NCBI GenBank assembly: GCA_041687695.1
Contig: JAWLBL010000008.1
Location: forward strand, 160,001 to 224,000
From: Myxococcota bacterium
GTDB lineage: Bacteria > Myxococcota_A > UBA9042 > PHBI01 > JAWLBL01
DNA: 64,000 bases
Direction: 5' to 3'
The notes beneath the pieces were generated by a model. That model was given only the letters and a program-made list of their open reading frames with translations. It did no database searches and was not told the origin of the DNA. Within the stretch, counting starts at the first letter, position 1, and each line of letters starts with the position of its first letter. Shown piece by piece: positions 32,743 to 41,371 of this stretch. The translations under genes were made by a program, and so were the position numbers.

Positions 32743-35142
32743 ATGGTCTCGAGCCCGCGGGCCGACATAGGATGCGACCGCGTGAGACGTCTCTTCGCCA
32801 GCCTGCTGCCGACCCGCACCGCCCGCATTTCCGCGGGCGTGCTGGCGGCCATGTCCGTCGCGCTCTGCTTCGTGCCGGGCTTCGGGTCCCTCGGCTATTA
32901 CTCGAGCCTGGCGCTCGCGCTGGTCGGCGGCGTCCTGACGGGCCTGGTGGGCGCCAGCGTCGCGCGTCGGACGGCCGAGTCCCAGACCGGCACGCCTGGC
33001 GGCCCGCGTGTCTCGACGGCGTTCTGGGCCGCGGCCCGCACGACGCTGGCCCTGTTGGCCGTTCCGCCGCTGGTGCTGCTGTTCAACAGCCTGTGGGTCA
33101 AGAACTGCGACCCCATCGGCAGCGTCGGCTTCTATGTCGCCGGCGCGGGGCTGTCGATGCTGTTCGCCTCGCAGGTGGGCGCCTTCGCGGGCCTGTGGCG
33201 CCGCCGGACGGGGCAGGGGCTCTTGCTCTTCGTCGCCTTCTGGTTGGCGTTCGTCCTGCGCGATCTGGCGCACCTGTACCTCGAGCCGCCGATCTTCGCC
33301 TACAACGCCTTCGCCGGCTTCTTCTCCGGGGCCGTCTACGACGACCTCATCGAGCTGGACGGGCGCCTGGCGGCCTTCCGGCTGAGCAACCTGGCCCAGC
33401 TGGCCGTGCTCTGGGGCGCGGCGGCCCTGCTGTGGGACCCGGCCGAGCGGCGCTTCCGGCTGGCCCGGCTGAGCGAGGGCCGCGTCCGCACCTGGGCGGC
33501 GCTGGTCGCGGCGGTCGTGGTCGCCGCGGGGCTACACGGGGCGCGCGGCCACCTCGGCTTCGAGATCGACCGCGCCCACATCGAGCGCGTCCTGGGGGGC
33601 CGCCTCGAGAACGACCGCATCGTCCTGGTCTACGACCGCGACGTCATCCCGCCCGACGAGGCGCGGCGCCTGCTCGAGGACCACACCTACCGCCTGGAGC
33701 AGCTCGACCTGGCCCTCGGCGAGCGCTTCCCCGAGCGCATCACCAGCTACGTCTACGGCTCGTCGCGCCAAAAGCGCCGCATGATGGGCGCCGACCGCGT
33801 CTACATCGCCAAGCCCTGGGTGCGCGAGATCCACATCAACCGCGTGCCCTACGGCGCGGCCGTCATCCACCACGAGCTGGCGCACGTCGTGCTGGGCGCG
33901 TGGGCGCCCGGGCCGCTGCACGTCCCGGCGCGGATGTGGCTGTTCCCGCACATGGCCATCGTCGAGGGGGCCGCCGAGGCGATGGAGTGGTACGGCGGAA
34001 GCATGACCCTTCACCAGTGGAGCGCCGCCATGCGCCGCGAGGGGCTGGCGCCCGATCTGGCGAGCATCATGGGCCCGGACGGGTTCTGGTCGCAGGCCGC
34101 CGGCAAGGCCTACACGCTCAGCGGCTCGTTCATCCGCTACCTGCTGGACACCCACGGCCCGGCGCCCTTCCGCGCGCTATACGGCGACGGCGACTTCGAG
34201 GCGGCCTACGGCCGTCCGCTGCCGGCGCTCATCGCCGAGTGGGAGGCCTTCATCGACGGCGTGCCGCTGCCGGACGACGCGCTGGCGCTGGCGCGCGAGC
34301 GCTTCGACGTCAAGGGCATCTTCCACCGCACCTGCCCGCTGGAGATCGCGCGCCTCGAGGCGCAGGCCTCGGCGCTGGCCGACGCCGGCGAGTACGACGG
34401 GGCCATCGCGCTGCACCGCCAGATCGTCCGCTTCGTCCCCAAGGACGCGCGAAAGCGCGTGCCCATCGTCGAGCTGCTGGCCCGCCGGGGCGACGCCGAC
34501 GGCACGCAGCGCGAGGTGGCCGAGCTGTTGGCCCTGGGCAACGTCGACCCCGTCACGCGGGCCTACGTCCGAGAGCTGTCCGGCGACGCGCTGTGGCGCG
34601 CGGGCAAGTACCTGGACGCGCTGAAGCTGTACCAGACCCTGGCCGCCGAGCCGCAGAGCGAGGACCGCCTGCGCAACGTGCTGGTCAAGGCGGCCGTCCT
34701 GGCGAGCGGCCAGCGCGAGCCCATCCTGGGGCCCTACCTGCTGGGGCGCGGCAGCCGGGACGCCGTCGAGTACCTGGTCGCGGCGGTGGCCGACCTGCCC
34801 GGCGACACGCTGGCGCTGTACCTGCTGGGCCGGCGCCTGTCGAGCGAGGACGTCCACGCCGAGGCCGTCCGCGTCCTGCGCGCCGTCATCGCCGCGCTCG
34901 ATGGCGCGGACGGCGGCCCCGACCGGGGACGTGACCCGCTCGACGACGCGCTGCGCCGCGAGTCGCTGCGGCTGATGGCCCGCAGCCTGTTCTACGTGGG
35001 CGAGCTGGAGGAGGCCGAGCGCGCCTTCCTGGAGGCGGCCCAGCTGTCGCCCAAGGACGGCCAGCGCCTGTGGTACCAGGACTGGGCCAGCCGCGCGCAG
35101 TGGCTGAAGAAGCGCCTGCGCACGGCGGGCAACTTCATGTGA
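32743..35142 (+). CDS. Multi-TM membrane protein with gluzincin-like peptidase motif and C-terminal TPR-like helices
   Basis: About 7 TM segments, HELAH followed by EGAAE, helical repeats; start uncertain. Confidence 0.7.
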   Translation: MVSSPRADIGCDRVRRLFASLLPTRTARISAGVLAAMSVALCFVPGFGSLGYYSSLALALVGGVLTGLVGASVARRTAESQTGTPGGPRVSTAFWAAARTTLALLAVPPLVLLFNSLWVKNCDPIGSVGFYVAGAGLSMLFASQVGAFAGLWRRRTGQGLLLFVAFWLAFVLRDLAHLYLEPPIFAYNAFAGFFSGAVYDDLIELDGRLAAFRLSNLAQLAVLWGAAALLWDPAERRFRLARLSEGRVRTWAALVAAVVVAAGLHGARGHLGFEIDRAHIERVLGGRLENDRIVLVYDRDVIPPDEARRLLEDHTYRLEQLDLALGERFPERITSYVYGSSRQKRRMMGADRVYIAKPWVREIHINRVPYGAAVIHHELAHVVLGAWAPGPLHVPARMWLFPHMAIVEGAAEAMEWYGGSMTLHQWSAAMRREGLAPDLASIMGPDGFWSQAAGKAYTLSGSFIRYLLDTHGPAPFRALYGDGDFEAAYGRPLPALIAEWEAFIDGVPLPDDALALARERFDVKGIFHRTCPLEIARLEAQASALADAGEYDGAIALHRQIVRFVPKDARKRVPIVELLARRGDADGTQREVAELLALGNVDPVTRAYVRELSGDALWRAGKYLDALKLYQTLAAEPQSEDRLRNVLVKAAVLASGQREPILGPYLLGRGSRDAVEYLVAAVADLPGDTLALYLLGRRLSSEDVHAEAVRVLRAVIAALDGADGGPDRGRDPLDDALRRESLRLMARSLFYVGELEEAERAFLEAAQLSPKDGQRLWYQDWASRAQWLKKRLRTAGNFM

Positions 35143-35203
35143 CGCGGCTTTTTTTGACGGCCGGCGCGCCCCCCGCGACAGTGCGTCGCGGAGGGATACG
35201 ACC

Positions 35204-35413
35204 ATGGACGTCAATCCGGAGATCGCGCGTCACCTCGACCGGGCGCTCGCGGAGGCGGGGCTGCCGGGCCTGTCGCTGCGGCAGGTCGGGGACGTGTTCA
35301 CCCTGAGCGCCGGGCTGCCGATGACCCCCGAGACGCTGCGCGCCTTGATGCGGGCCTGGGAGGCCTTCGAGGAGGCCGGCCTGCCACGCGAGACGCAGGG
35401 ACAGGCCGGCTGA
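35204..35413 (+). CDS. Small hypothetical protein (69 aa)
   Basis: GGAGGG RBS and upstream TTGACG-N17-GACAGT; fills the intergenic gap. Confidence 0.55.
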   Translation: MDVNPEIARHLDRALAEAGLPGLSLRQVGDVFTLSAGLPMTPETLRALMRAWEAFEEAGLPRETQGQAG

Positions 35414-35419
35414 GGCTCG

Positions 35420-35752
35420 TCAGGCCGGCTCTTCGCTGAGGAGCTCGCGCTTGCGCTCGACGTCCTTGAACTCGTCGGCCGTGTCGAGGGGCTCCTTCTG
35501 CTCGGTGATGTTGGGCCAGGAGCCCGCGAGCCGCTCGTTGAGCTCGACGTACTCCTTCCACTTGTCGGGGAGGTCGTCCTCTTCGAAGATGGCGTTGACC
35601 GGGCACTCGGGTTCACAGGCCCCGCAGTCGATGCACTCGTCGGGGTTGATGACGAGCATGTTCTCGCCTTCGTAGAAGCAGTCGACCGGGCAGACGGTCA
35701 CGCAGTCGGTGTACTTGCACTTGATGCAAGGCTCCGCAACGATGTAGGCCAT
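35420..35752 (-). CDS. fdxA: 7Fe ferredoxin (FdxA type)
   Basis: [29 protein letters not shown]...[17 protein letters not shown]. Confidence 0.95.
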   Translation of the reverse strand: MAYIVAEPCIKCKYTDCVTVCPVDCFYEGENMLVINPDECIDCGACEPECPVNAIFEEDDLPDKWKEYVELNERLAGSWPNITEQKEPLDTADEFKDVERKRELLSEEPA

Positions 35753-35884
35753 TGAGTTCTCCGTAGTCGGCCATGGGTCGGGCGCGATGACGCGCGGTGG
35801 AGTCGAAGGCGCCGGCGACAATGCCACTTGCGGCCGGCGTGGGCAACAGCGGACATGGCCCGCGCGGGGCCCGGTCCGAGCGGG

Positions 35885-36385
35885 TCAGGGCTGCGAGTCC
35901 CTGAGCTCGGGCTCGACGAGCTGCAGGGCGGGGCCGAGGTGGCGGCGCAGGCGCGTGAAGTCGCGCTCGCCGAACAGGCGTGACAGCGGGCCGATGCGGC
36001 CGCGGCTGACGAAGACGCGGTCGGCGCCGAGGTCGGTCGCGAGGCGCAGGATGCTGTCGGCGAAGCGGCCCGAGGCCATGCGCGTGACGCACGGCACCCC
36101 CGCTTCCTGGGCGGCGGCGCTGACCTCGGCCAGGCGCTCGGCGCCCGCGCTCTGGGCGCACGCGTGGGCGAGGTCGCCGATGGCGCGCGTCTGGCCGGCG
36201 CCGACGAAGCCGCGTGTGGTCAGGCACTCTCGCAGGTGTTCCTGGCGGTCCTGGTCCTCGAGGTAGACCACGGTCAGGCGGGCCCCGGTGGCGCGGGCTT
36301 CGGCGAGGGCGGCGTGGAGGAGCGTGTCGCCGATGCGCGCGGGCGTGAGGATGGCGAGGATGTGACGGTCGGACCGAGCGGTCAT
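35885..36385 (-). CDS. Universal stress protein family
   Basis: HILAIL...RLTVVYLE...GRFADSILRLA...ADRVFV; downstream of a DASS transporter. Confidence 0.65.
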   Translation of the reverse strand: MTARSDRHILAILTPARIGDTLLHAALAEARATGARLTVVYLEDQDRQEHLRECLTTRGFVGAGQTRAIGDLAHACAQSAGAERLAEVSAAAQEAGVPCVTRMASGRFADSILRLATDLGADRVFVSRGRIGPLSRLFGERDFTRLRRHLGPALQLVEPELRDSQP

Positions 36386-36404
36386 GGCGAGACCCTCCGA
36401 GCCT

Positions 36405-37901
36405 TCACGGCGCCCACAGGACGCCGAGCAGGGGCCACCAGAACTTCATGAGCAGAAAGACGCAGCCGAAGCCGATGAGGTTGAGCCACAGGCCGCTCTG
36501 CGCGACCTGGCGCGGGGTGTAGTAGCCGGCCGACCAGGCGATGGCGGTCACCGGGGTCGAGATGGGGAACATGAACGCGAAGCCGGACGGTAGCACGATG
36601 CACATCGTCATGGCGCGCGGGTCGAGGCCGTAGTGCTCGGCGAGGGTGAGCGCGGGCGGCATGAGCATGGCGACGACGGCCGAGTTGCTCATCAGCTCGG
36701 TGAGGGTGCCGCTGAGCAAGGCGATGACCATCATCAGGACGAGGGGGGACAGCTCGCGGCCGCCGAGGACGGCCTCGGTCAGCCACAGGGCGGCGCCCGA
36801 GCGGTCCATCGCGCTGCCCAGGGCGATGGCGCCGCCGTACATGACGATGACCCCCCAGTTCACGTTCTCCTCGACCTCGGGCCAGGTGACGGCGCCGAGG
36901 GCGAAGAGGGCGGCCATGGCCAGGATGGCGATGTTGGCGATGCCCAGGGTGTCGCCGAGCGCGGCCCAGGCGGCGATGGTGACGACCAGGACCAGGGCGA
37001 CGGCGCGCTCGCGGCCGCTCATCTTGCCCATGTCGCGCAGGCGCCCCTCGAGGACGGCGATGGCGTCGGCCGTCGAGGCGACCTCGGGCGGGAAGCGCCA
37101 GGCGAGCATGACGGCGCCGACGGCCAGCATCAGCACGACCAGCGGCGCGCCGAAGGCGATGAACTCCATGAAGGTGATGGTCCAGGCGTGGCCGGTCGCC
37201 TCCTCGAGCAGGCCGATGGCGAGCGGGCCGCGGCCGCCGCCCAGGACGGTCAGGCTCGAGCCGATGATGCAGCCCCAGGCGAGCGCGAAGAACAGCGCCG
37301 CGCCCATGCGGCTGCGCAGCGCCTTGAGCTTCATGGCGCGCGCGATGTCGAGGACGATGGGGAAGACCATCGCGGCGACGGCGTGGCCGCTCATCACGGT
37401 CGAGGCGACGGCGCACAGGCCGAAGACGGCCAGGACCAGGCGGCGCGGCGTCCCGCCGAAGGCGCGCACGGTCAGGGTGGCCAGGCGCTTGGACAGCCCC
37501 GATCCGATGAGGGCCGCCGAGAGCATGAAGGCGCCGAGGACGAAGAAGACGACCTTGGAGCCGAAGAACTGGTAGGCCTCCTCGGCGCGCATGACGCCGA
37601 AGAGCGGCAGCGAGGCGATGGCGACCAGGCTGGTGATGGCCAGCGGCAGGAGCGAGGTCACCCACAGCGTGCCGCAGAGCGCGAAGATGCAGAGCGTGTT
37701 CCAGCCGGCCTGGGCGAGGCCGTCGGGGGGCGGGACGCGCAGGAGCAGGGCGAAGCAGGTGACGACGAAGGCCAGCCAGAGCTGGCGCTTCAAGCGGCTG
37801 AGCAGGACGATCGCGATGGGGCGGCGATCGATCTCGAACTGGCGGGCCGCCGGCGGCGCTGGGGGTGAAACGGAGGGCGGGCTGGGCTGCGGCTGGGCCA
37901 A
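36405..37901 (-). CDS. DASS/SLC13 divalent anion:Na+ symporter
   Basis: LPLAITSL, GLSKRLA, VNWGVIVMYGG, TELMSNSA, FAFMFPISTP; many TM helices; TTG start inferred. Confidence 0.88.
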   Translation of the reverse strand: MAQPQPSPPSVSPPAPPAARQFEIDRRPIAIVLLSRLKRQLWLAFVVTCFALLLRVPPPDGLAQAGWNTLCIFALCGTLWVTSLLPLAITSLVAIASLPLFGVMRAEEAYQFFGSKVVFFVLGAFMLSAALIGSGLSKRLATLTVRAFGGTPRRLVLAVFGLCAVASTVMSGHAVAAMVFPIVLDIARAMKLKALRSRMGAALFFALAWGCIIGSSLTVLGGGRGPLAIGLLEEATGHAWTITFMEFIAFGAPLVVLMLAVGAVMLAWRFPPEVASTADAIAVLEGRLRDMGKMSGRERAVALVLVVTIAAWAALGDTLGIANIAILAMAALFALGAVTWPEVEENVNWGVIVMYGGAIALGSAMDRSGAALWLTEAVLGGRELSPLVLMMVIALLSGTLTELMSNSAVVAMLMPPALTLAEHYGLDPRAMTMCIVLPSGFAFMFPISTPVTAIAWSAGYYTPRQVAQSGLWLNLIGFGCVFLLMKFWWPLLGVLWAP

Positions 37902-37906
37902 GCGGG

Positions 37907-39169
37907 CTAACCGTTGTCGACGACGCCGACCTCCCGCACGCGCAGGGCGCGGCGGAGATCGCTGAGGCGCGCGGAGGTGCGGCGGGCGAGGCGCGTGCCC
38001 ATGACGCGGTGGCGCAGCGACGACCAGAAGCCGTTGTCCTCGCTGAAAAAGCGCGCGTCGAGGGGCGTGGTGACGATGGCGATGTCGCGGACGAGGTTGC
38101 AGCTCAGGCGGCGCCTGCGGACGGCCTGGTAGAGGTGGCCGTACAGGCCGGCGAGCTCCTCGAGGGAGGGCTGGAAGCGCTCGATGTCGCTGTCCTTGCG
38201 CATGTCGCGGCCCTTGAAGGGGCGGTAGATGGGCAGGACGGGCAGGACGCCCAGGGAGGTCAGGGTCTCGATGCCCTCGTGGGTCGAGGCGAGGGGCTCC
38301 AAGCCGACGATGAGGTGGCAGGCGACGCCGCCGGCCGGGAAGACGGTGGTGGCGTAGGCGAGGGCGTCGAGGAAGCGCTGGCGGCCGATGGCGCGGGCGG
38401 GGCCGGGGCAGATGCGGTCGAAGCGCTCGGGGTCGAAGATCTCGAGGTTGTAGCTGACCGCGTCGACGCCCATCGCGTAGGTGCGGTCGATCCAGTCGTC
38501 GGTCTCGGGCGGCAGGGCGTCGACGGCGACCAGGACGTCGAAGTGCTTCTTGATGGCGGCGACGTAAGGCTCGAGGAAGGCGACGCCGCCGTCGCGGGTG
38601 CCGAGGTGGCCTACCGACAGGTAGACCATGTCGATGGGGTTGCCGTCGCGGGCGACGCGGATGGCCTCGAGGACGTCGTCGACCGGCAGGCCGCCGTGGG
38701 TCGGGGCGTCCTGGCCGACGCTGCAGAAGCGGCAGCGGTCGGCGTCGGTCAGGAAGGCGCAGCGGTTGGTGGGCGACAGGGCCAGGTAGGGGCCGTGGAC
38801 GGTGCCGACGCGGCCGAAGGGCAGGCCGGTCGAGGTCCGGTGGCCGTAGAAGTGGGGGTGGTGCGAGACGCGGACGGGCGTCCGGGGCGCGGTGGGGCCG
38901 GCGACGGTCAGGGCGTACCCGTCGCCGTGGCGCACCAGCTCGTAAGGAGAAGCGTGGGTGACGTCGCGCTGGATGGGGGCGGAGACCCACGTCTCCTGCG
39001 GCAGCACGAGGTCGAGGTCCTCGGCGCTGCCGAACAGGGCGTGGCCGGTCGCGCCGAAGCCGTCCTGCTCGAGGGCGGCGCGCACGTCGGGTGGCAGCCG
39101 CAGGCCGCGCATCATCAGCTCGAGCTTGAGCAGGCCCGGGTTGGAGAGGATCTGGGCGGGCGTGTTCAT
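37907..39169 (-). CDS. Radical SAM protein with CX8CX2C motif (MSMEG_0568-like clade)
   Basis: NRCAFLTDADRCRFCSVG, VSYNLEIFD, HLIVGLEP, YRPFKG. Confidence 0.8.
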   Translation of the reverse strand: MNTPAQILSNPGLLKLELMMRGLRLPPDVRAALEQDGFGATGHALFGSAEDLDLVLPQETWVSAPIQRDVTHASPYELVRHGDGYALTVAGPTAPRTPVRVSHHPHFYGHRTSTGLPFGRVGTVHGPYLALSPTNRCAFLTDADRCRFCSVGQDAPTHGGLPVDDVLEAIRVARDGNPIDMVYLSVGHLGTRDGGVAFLEPYVAAIKKHFDVLVAVDALPPETDDWIDRTYAMGVDAVSYNLEIFDPERFDRICPGPARAIGRQRFLDALAYATTVFPAGGVACHLIVGLEPLASTHEGIETLTSLGVLPVLPIYRPFKGRDMRKDSDIERFQPSLEELAGLYGHLYQAVRRRRLSCNLVRDIAIVTTPLDARFFSEDNGFWSSLRHRVMGTRLARRTSARLSDLRRALRVREVGVVDNG

Positions 39170-39621
39170 GACGGCACGAACCCCCCGGCCTCGTCGCTCC
39201 AGGCGAAGGTCGCGAATCCGCGCACGCCGTCGTCCTGGGCGTCGAAGACCACGTGGGCGACGCCCGGGTAGAGCGGCCCGTCGCCGAAGGGTGACAGGGC
39301 CTGCTGGACGTCCTCTTCGGAGAAGTAGGCGCCCACCCGGACGTGGCTGTGGAAGATGGCGACGACGGTCTTGCCGTCGGCTTCGGCCCGCTCGATGAGC
39401 AGCGGGTTGAGCAGGTAGGCGCGCTCGGCCGTGCGCGGGTAGGTGTCGGGGTCGAGCGCGTGGTACTTGTCGGCGAGGTTGTCGGCCAGGACGAGCTCGG
39501 GGCCGTCGGGGCCGGCGAGGAGCAGGCCGCAGGCCTCGCGCGGGAACCAGGCCATGATGTGGCGGTCGATGGCGGCGCGGAGTTTGGGCTGCGCCAGGAT
39601 GGACTGTGGCGTCGGCGTCAT
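39166..39621 (-). CDS. JAB/MPN (M67, Mec-like) metalloprotease
   Basis: PREACGLL and JAMM motif FHSHVRVGAYFSEED. Confidence 0.9.
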   Translation of the reverse strand: MTPTPQSILAQPKLRAAIDRHIMAWFPREACGLLLAGPDGPELVLADNLADKYHALDPDTYPRTAERAYLLNPLLIERAEADGKTVVAIFHSHVRVGAYFSEEDVQQALSPFGDGPLYPGVAHVVFDAQDDGVRGFATFAWSDEAGGFVPS

Positions 39622-40007
39622 GGGCGGGCCTCGTCGGGCGCGGCCCAGGCGTGGCCGGGCGCGGCGCCCGAGAGGTGGGCCAGCGCGCTGAGGGCGGCCA
39701 TGGCGCCGGCGAGGCGATCGTCGGCCGGGGCCGGGGCGACGACGTGGGCGTCGGCGGCGGGCGGGGCCAGGGAGACGTCCGGGTTGAGGTCGGCCAGACG
39801 CGGGCCCAGGCGGTCGGCGAGGGCGGGGGACAGGGACAGGCGTCCGACGCCGGCGGCGGCCAGGTACAGCGCCGCCTCCTCGGCCGCGCGGCCGTCGCCC
39901 TGGACGTGGGCGGCCGCCGCGAGCAGGCGCGTCTGGCCGGCGCCGCCCACCTCGGCGAGCAGGACGTGGCGCGCGTAGCGCTGGATCTGGGTCTCGGTCA
40001 GGGACAT
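39618..40007 (-). CDS. Short degenerate ThiF/MoeB-like (E1) subunit
   Basis: QIQRYARHVLLAEVGGAGQTRL and LYLAAAGVGRL...LNPDV; lacks GxGxxG, the Zn cysteines and the catalytic Cys. Confidence 0.75.
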   Translation of the reverse strand: MSLTETQIQRYARHVLLAEVGGAGQTRLLAAAAHVQGDGRAAEEAALYLAAAGVGRLSLSPALADRLGPRLADLNPDVSLAPPAADAHVVAPAPADDRLAGAMAALSALAHLSGAAPGHAWAAPDEARP

Positions 40008-40011
40008 CGGT

Positions 40012-40290
40012 TCAGCGGCCGCCCGCGATGGCGGGGACGATCTGCAGCTCGGCGCCGTCGGCCAGGGGCGTGTCGAGGTTGTCGAGGAAGCGGATGTCTT
40101 CCTGGTTGGCGTAGATGTTGATGAAGCGGCGGACGTTGCCCTGCTCGTCGCACAGCTTGCTCTTGATGCCCGGGTGGGCGCCCTCGAGGTTGTCGAGGGC
40201 GGCGCGGACGCTGTCGCCGTCGACGCTGACGGCGTCCTGGCCGGCGGCGAACTTGCGGAGCGAGGCGGGGATCTTGATGGTCACGGGCAT
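40012..40290 (-). CDS. MoaD/ThiS/CysO family ubiquitin-like sulfur carrier
   Basis: IKIPASLRKF...RRFINIYANQEDIRFL...IVPAIAGG-R. Confidence 0.92.
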   Translation of the reverse strand: MPVTIKIPASLRKFAAGQDAVSVDGDSVRAALDNLEGAHPGIKSKLCDEQGNVRRFINIYANQEDIRFLDNLDTPLADGAELQIVPAIAGGR

Positions 40291-40301
40291 CGGCGGGTTC
40301 C

Positions 40302-41207
40302 TCAGAGCGCGGAAGGGGCGGGGGCGGGCGCGCGGCGGACCAGCACGCGGAAGCGGTCGCGGGCGATCTCGCCGGCGGCCAGGATCTGGTGGCCGTCCTC
40401 GCGCAGGCTGCGCGGGACGTTGCGGGCCGGCTCGCCGCGGCGCATGACGACCTCGACGAGGGCGCCGGGGGCGAGGGGCTCCAGGGCGAGCTTGGTGCGG
40501 ACGTAGGTCATGGGGCAGAGGTCGGCGGTCACGTCGACGCGGCGCGCGAGGCCGCCGCAGGTGGGGCAGTCGGCGCCTTCGGGGAGCGGGACGTGGCGCA
40601 CGCGGCCGCGCAGGCCGTCCACGGTGGTGACGAAGCCGGTGGCGGCCGCGACGTCGCCCGACAGGAGCGAGATCGCACGGAGGGCCTGCAGGTGGCCGAC
40701 CACGCCGGCCATGGCGCCGAGCACGCCCGAGCGGGCGCAGGTCAGGACCTCGTCGGGGGCGGGCGGCGTCTCGAACAGGCAGCGAAAGCACGGGCCGTGG
40801 CCGCCCGCGACCGCGACGACCAGCCCCTCGAAGCGGATGACGCCCGCGATGACCGCGGGCAGGCCGCGTGCGACGGCGAGGTCGTTGACTAGGAAGCGCG
40901 CCGCCGGGTCGTCGGTGCAGTCGAGGACCAGGTCGACCCCGTCCAGGAGCTCCGCGGCCGTGTCGTCGTCGAAGCGGCCGAACACGGGCTCGACCTGGAC
41001 GCCGGGGACCACCTGGGTCAGGCGCTCGGCCGCGCAGGCGACCTTGGGCCGGTCGAGGTCGGCCGTGCCGAACAGGACCTGGCGCTGCAGGTTCGACAGC
41101 TCGACCCGATCGGGGTCCACCAGACGCAGGGCGTGGCCTGCCTCTGCCAGACTGAGGGCGGCCGGCGCGCCGAGGCCGCCGACGCCGATGATCAGGACCG
41201 AACCCAT
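40302..41207 (-). CDS. ThiF/MoeB adenylyltransferase (E1) fused to a C-terminal TusA/SirA sulfurtransferase
   Basis: IGVGGLG, DPDRVELSNLQRQ, DCTDD, CFRC, TCARSGVLG, CPTC; then DLCPMTYVRTKLALE TusA domain. Confidence 0.9.
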   Translation of the reverse strand: MGSVLIIGVGGLGAPAALSLAEAGHALRLVDPDRVELSNLQRQVLFGTADLDRPKVACAAERLTQVVPGVQVEPVFGRFDDDTAAELLDGVDLVLDCTDDPAARFLVNDLAVARGLPAVIAGVIRFEGLVVAVAGGHGPCFRCLFETPPAPDEVLTCARSGVLGAMAGVVGHLQALRAISLLSGDVAAATGFVTTVDGLRGRVRHVPLPEGADCPTCGGLARRVDVTADLCPMTYVRTKLALEPLAPGALVEVVMRRGEPARNVPRSLREDGHQILAAGEIARDRFRVLVRRAPAPAPSAL

Positions 41208-41231
41208 CGCGGTGTCACCTCACCGGGCCAG

Positions 41232-41264
41232 TTTGTAATAATGGTGACCTACTAAGTCAACAAT
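41232..41264 (-). promoter_or_regulatory. Promoter (TTGACT-N17-TACAAA) overlapped by an Rrf2/IscR-like palindrome
   Basis: AT-rich island; ATTGTTGACT-TAGTA-GGTCACCATT on the minus strand. Confidence 0.55.
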
Positions 41265-41302
41265 AGCCCCGGGCCACGCTCCAAGCTGCTGGAACGGCGT
41301 CG

Positions 41303-41332
41303 AAAACGCAAACGGCGACCCGAGGGTCGCCG
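41303..41332 (-). terminator. Rho-independent terminator after ahcY
   Basis: CGGCGACC-loop-GGTCGCCG stem followed by TTTGCGTTTT. Confidence 0.75.
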
Positions 41333-41371
41333 CCTGGTGGCCGTCTTCGGGCCGGGGCCTGAGCCAGGCGC

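Noticed and set aside
39166..41207. CBASS/Bil-type ubiquitin-like anti-phage system
   Set aside because: No E2, CD-NTase or effector; the Ubl is MoaD/CysO-type and the E1 carries TusA, which points to sulfur relay
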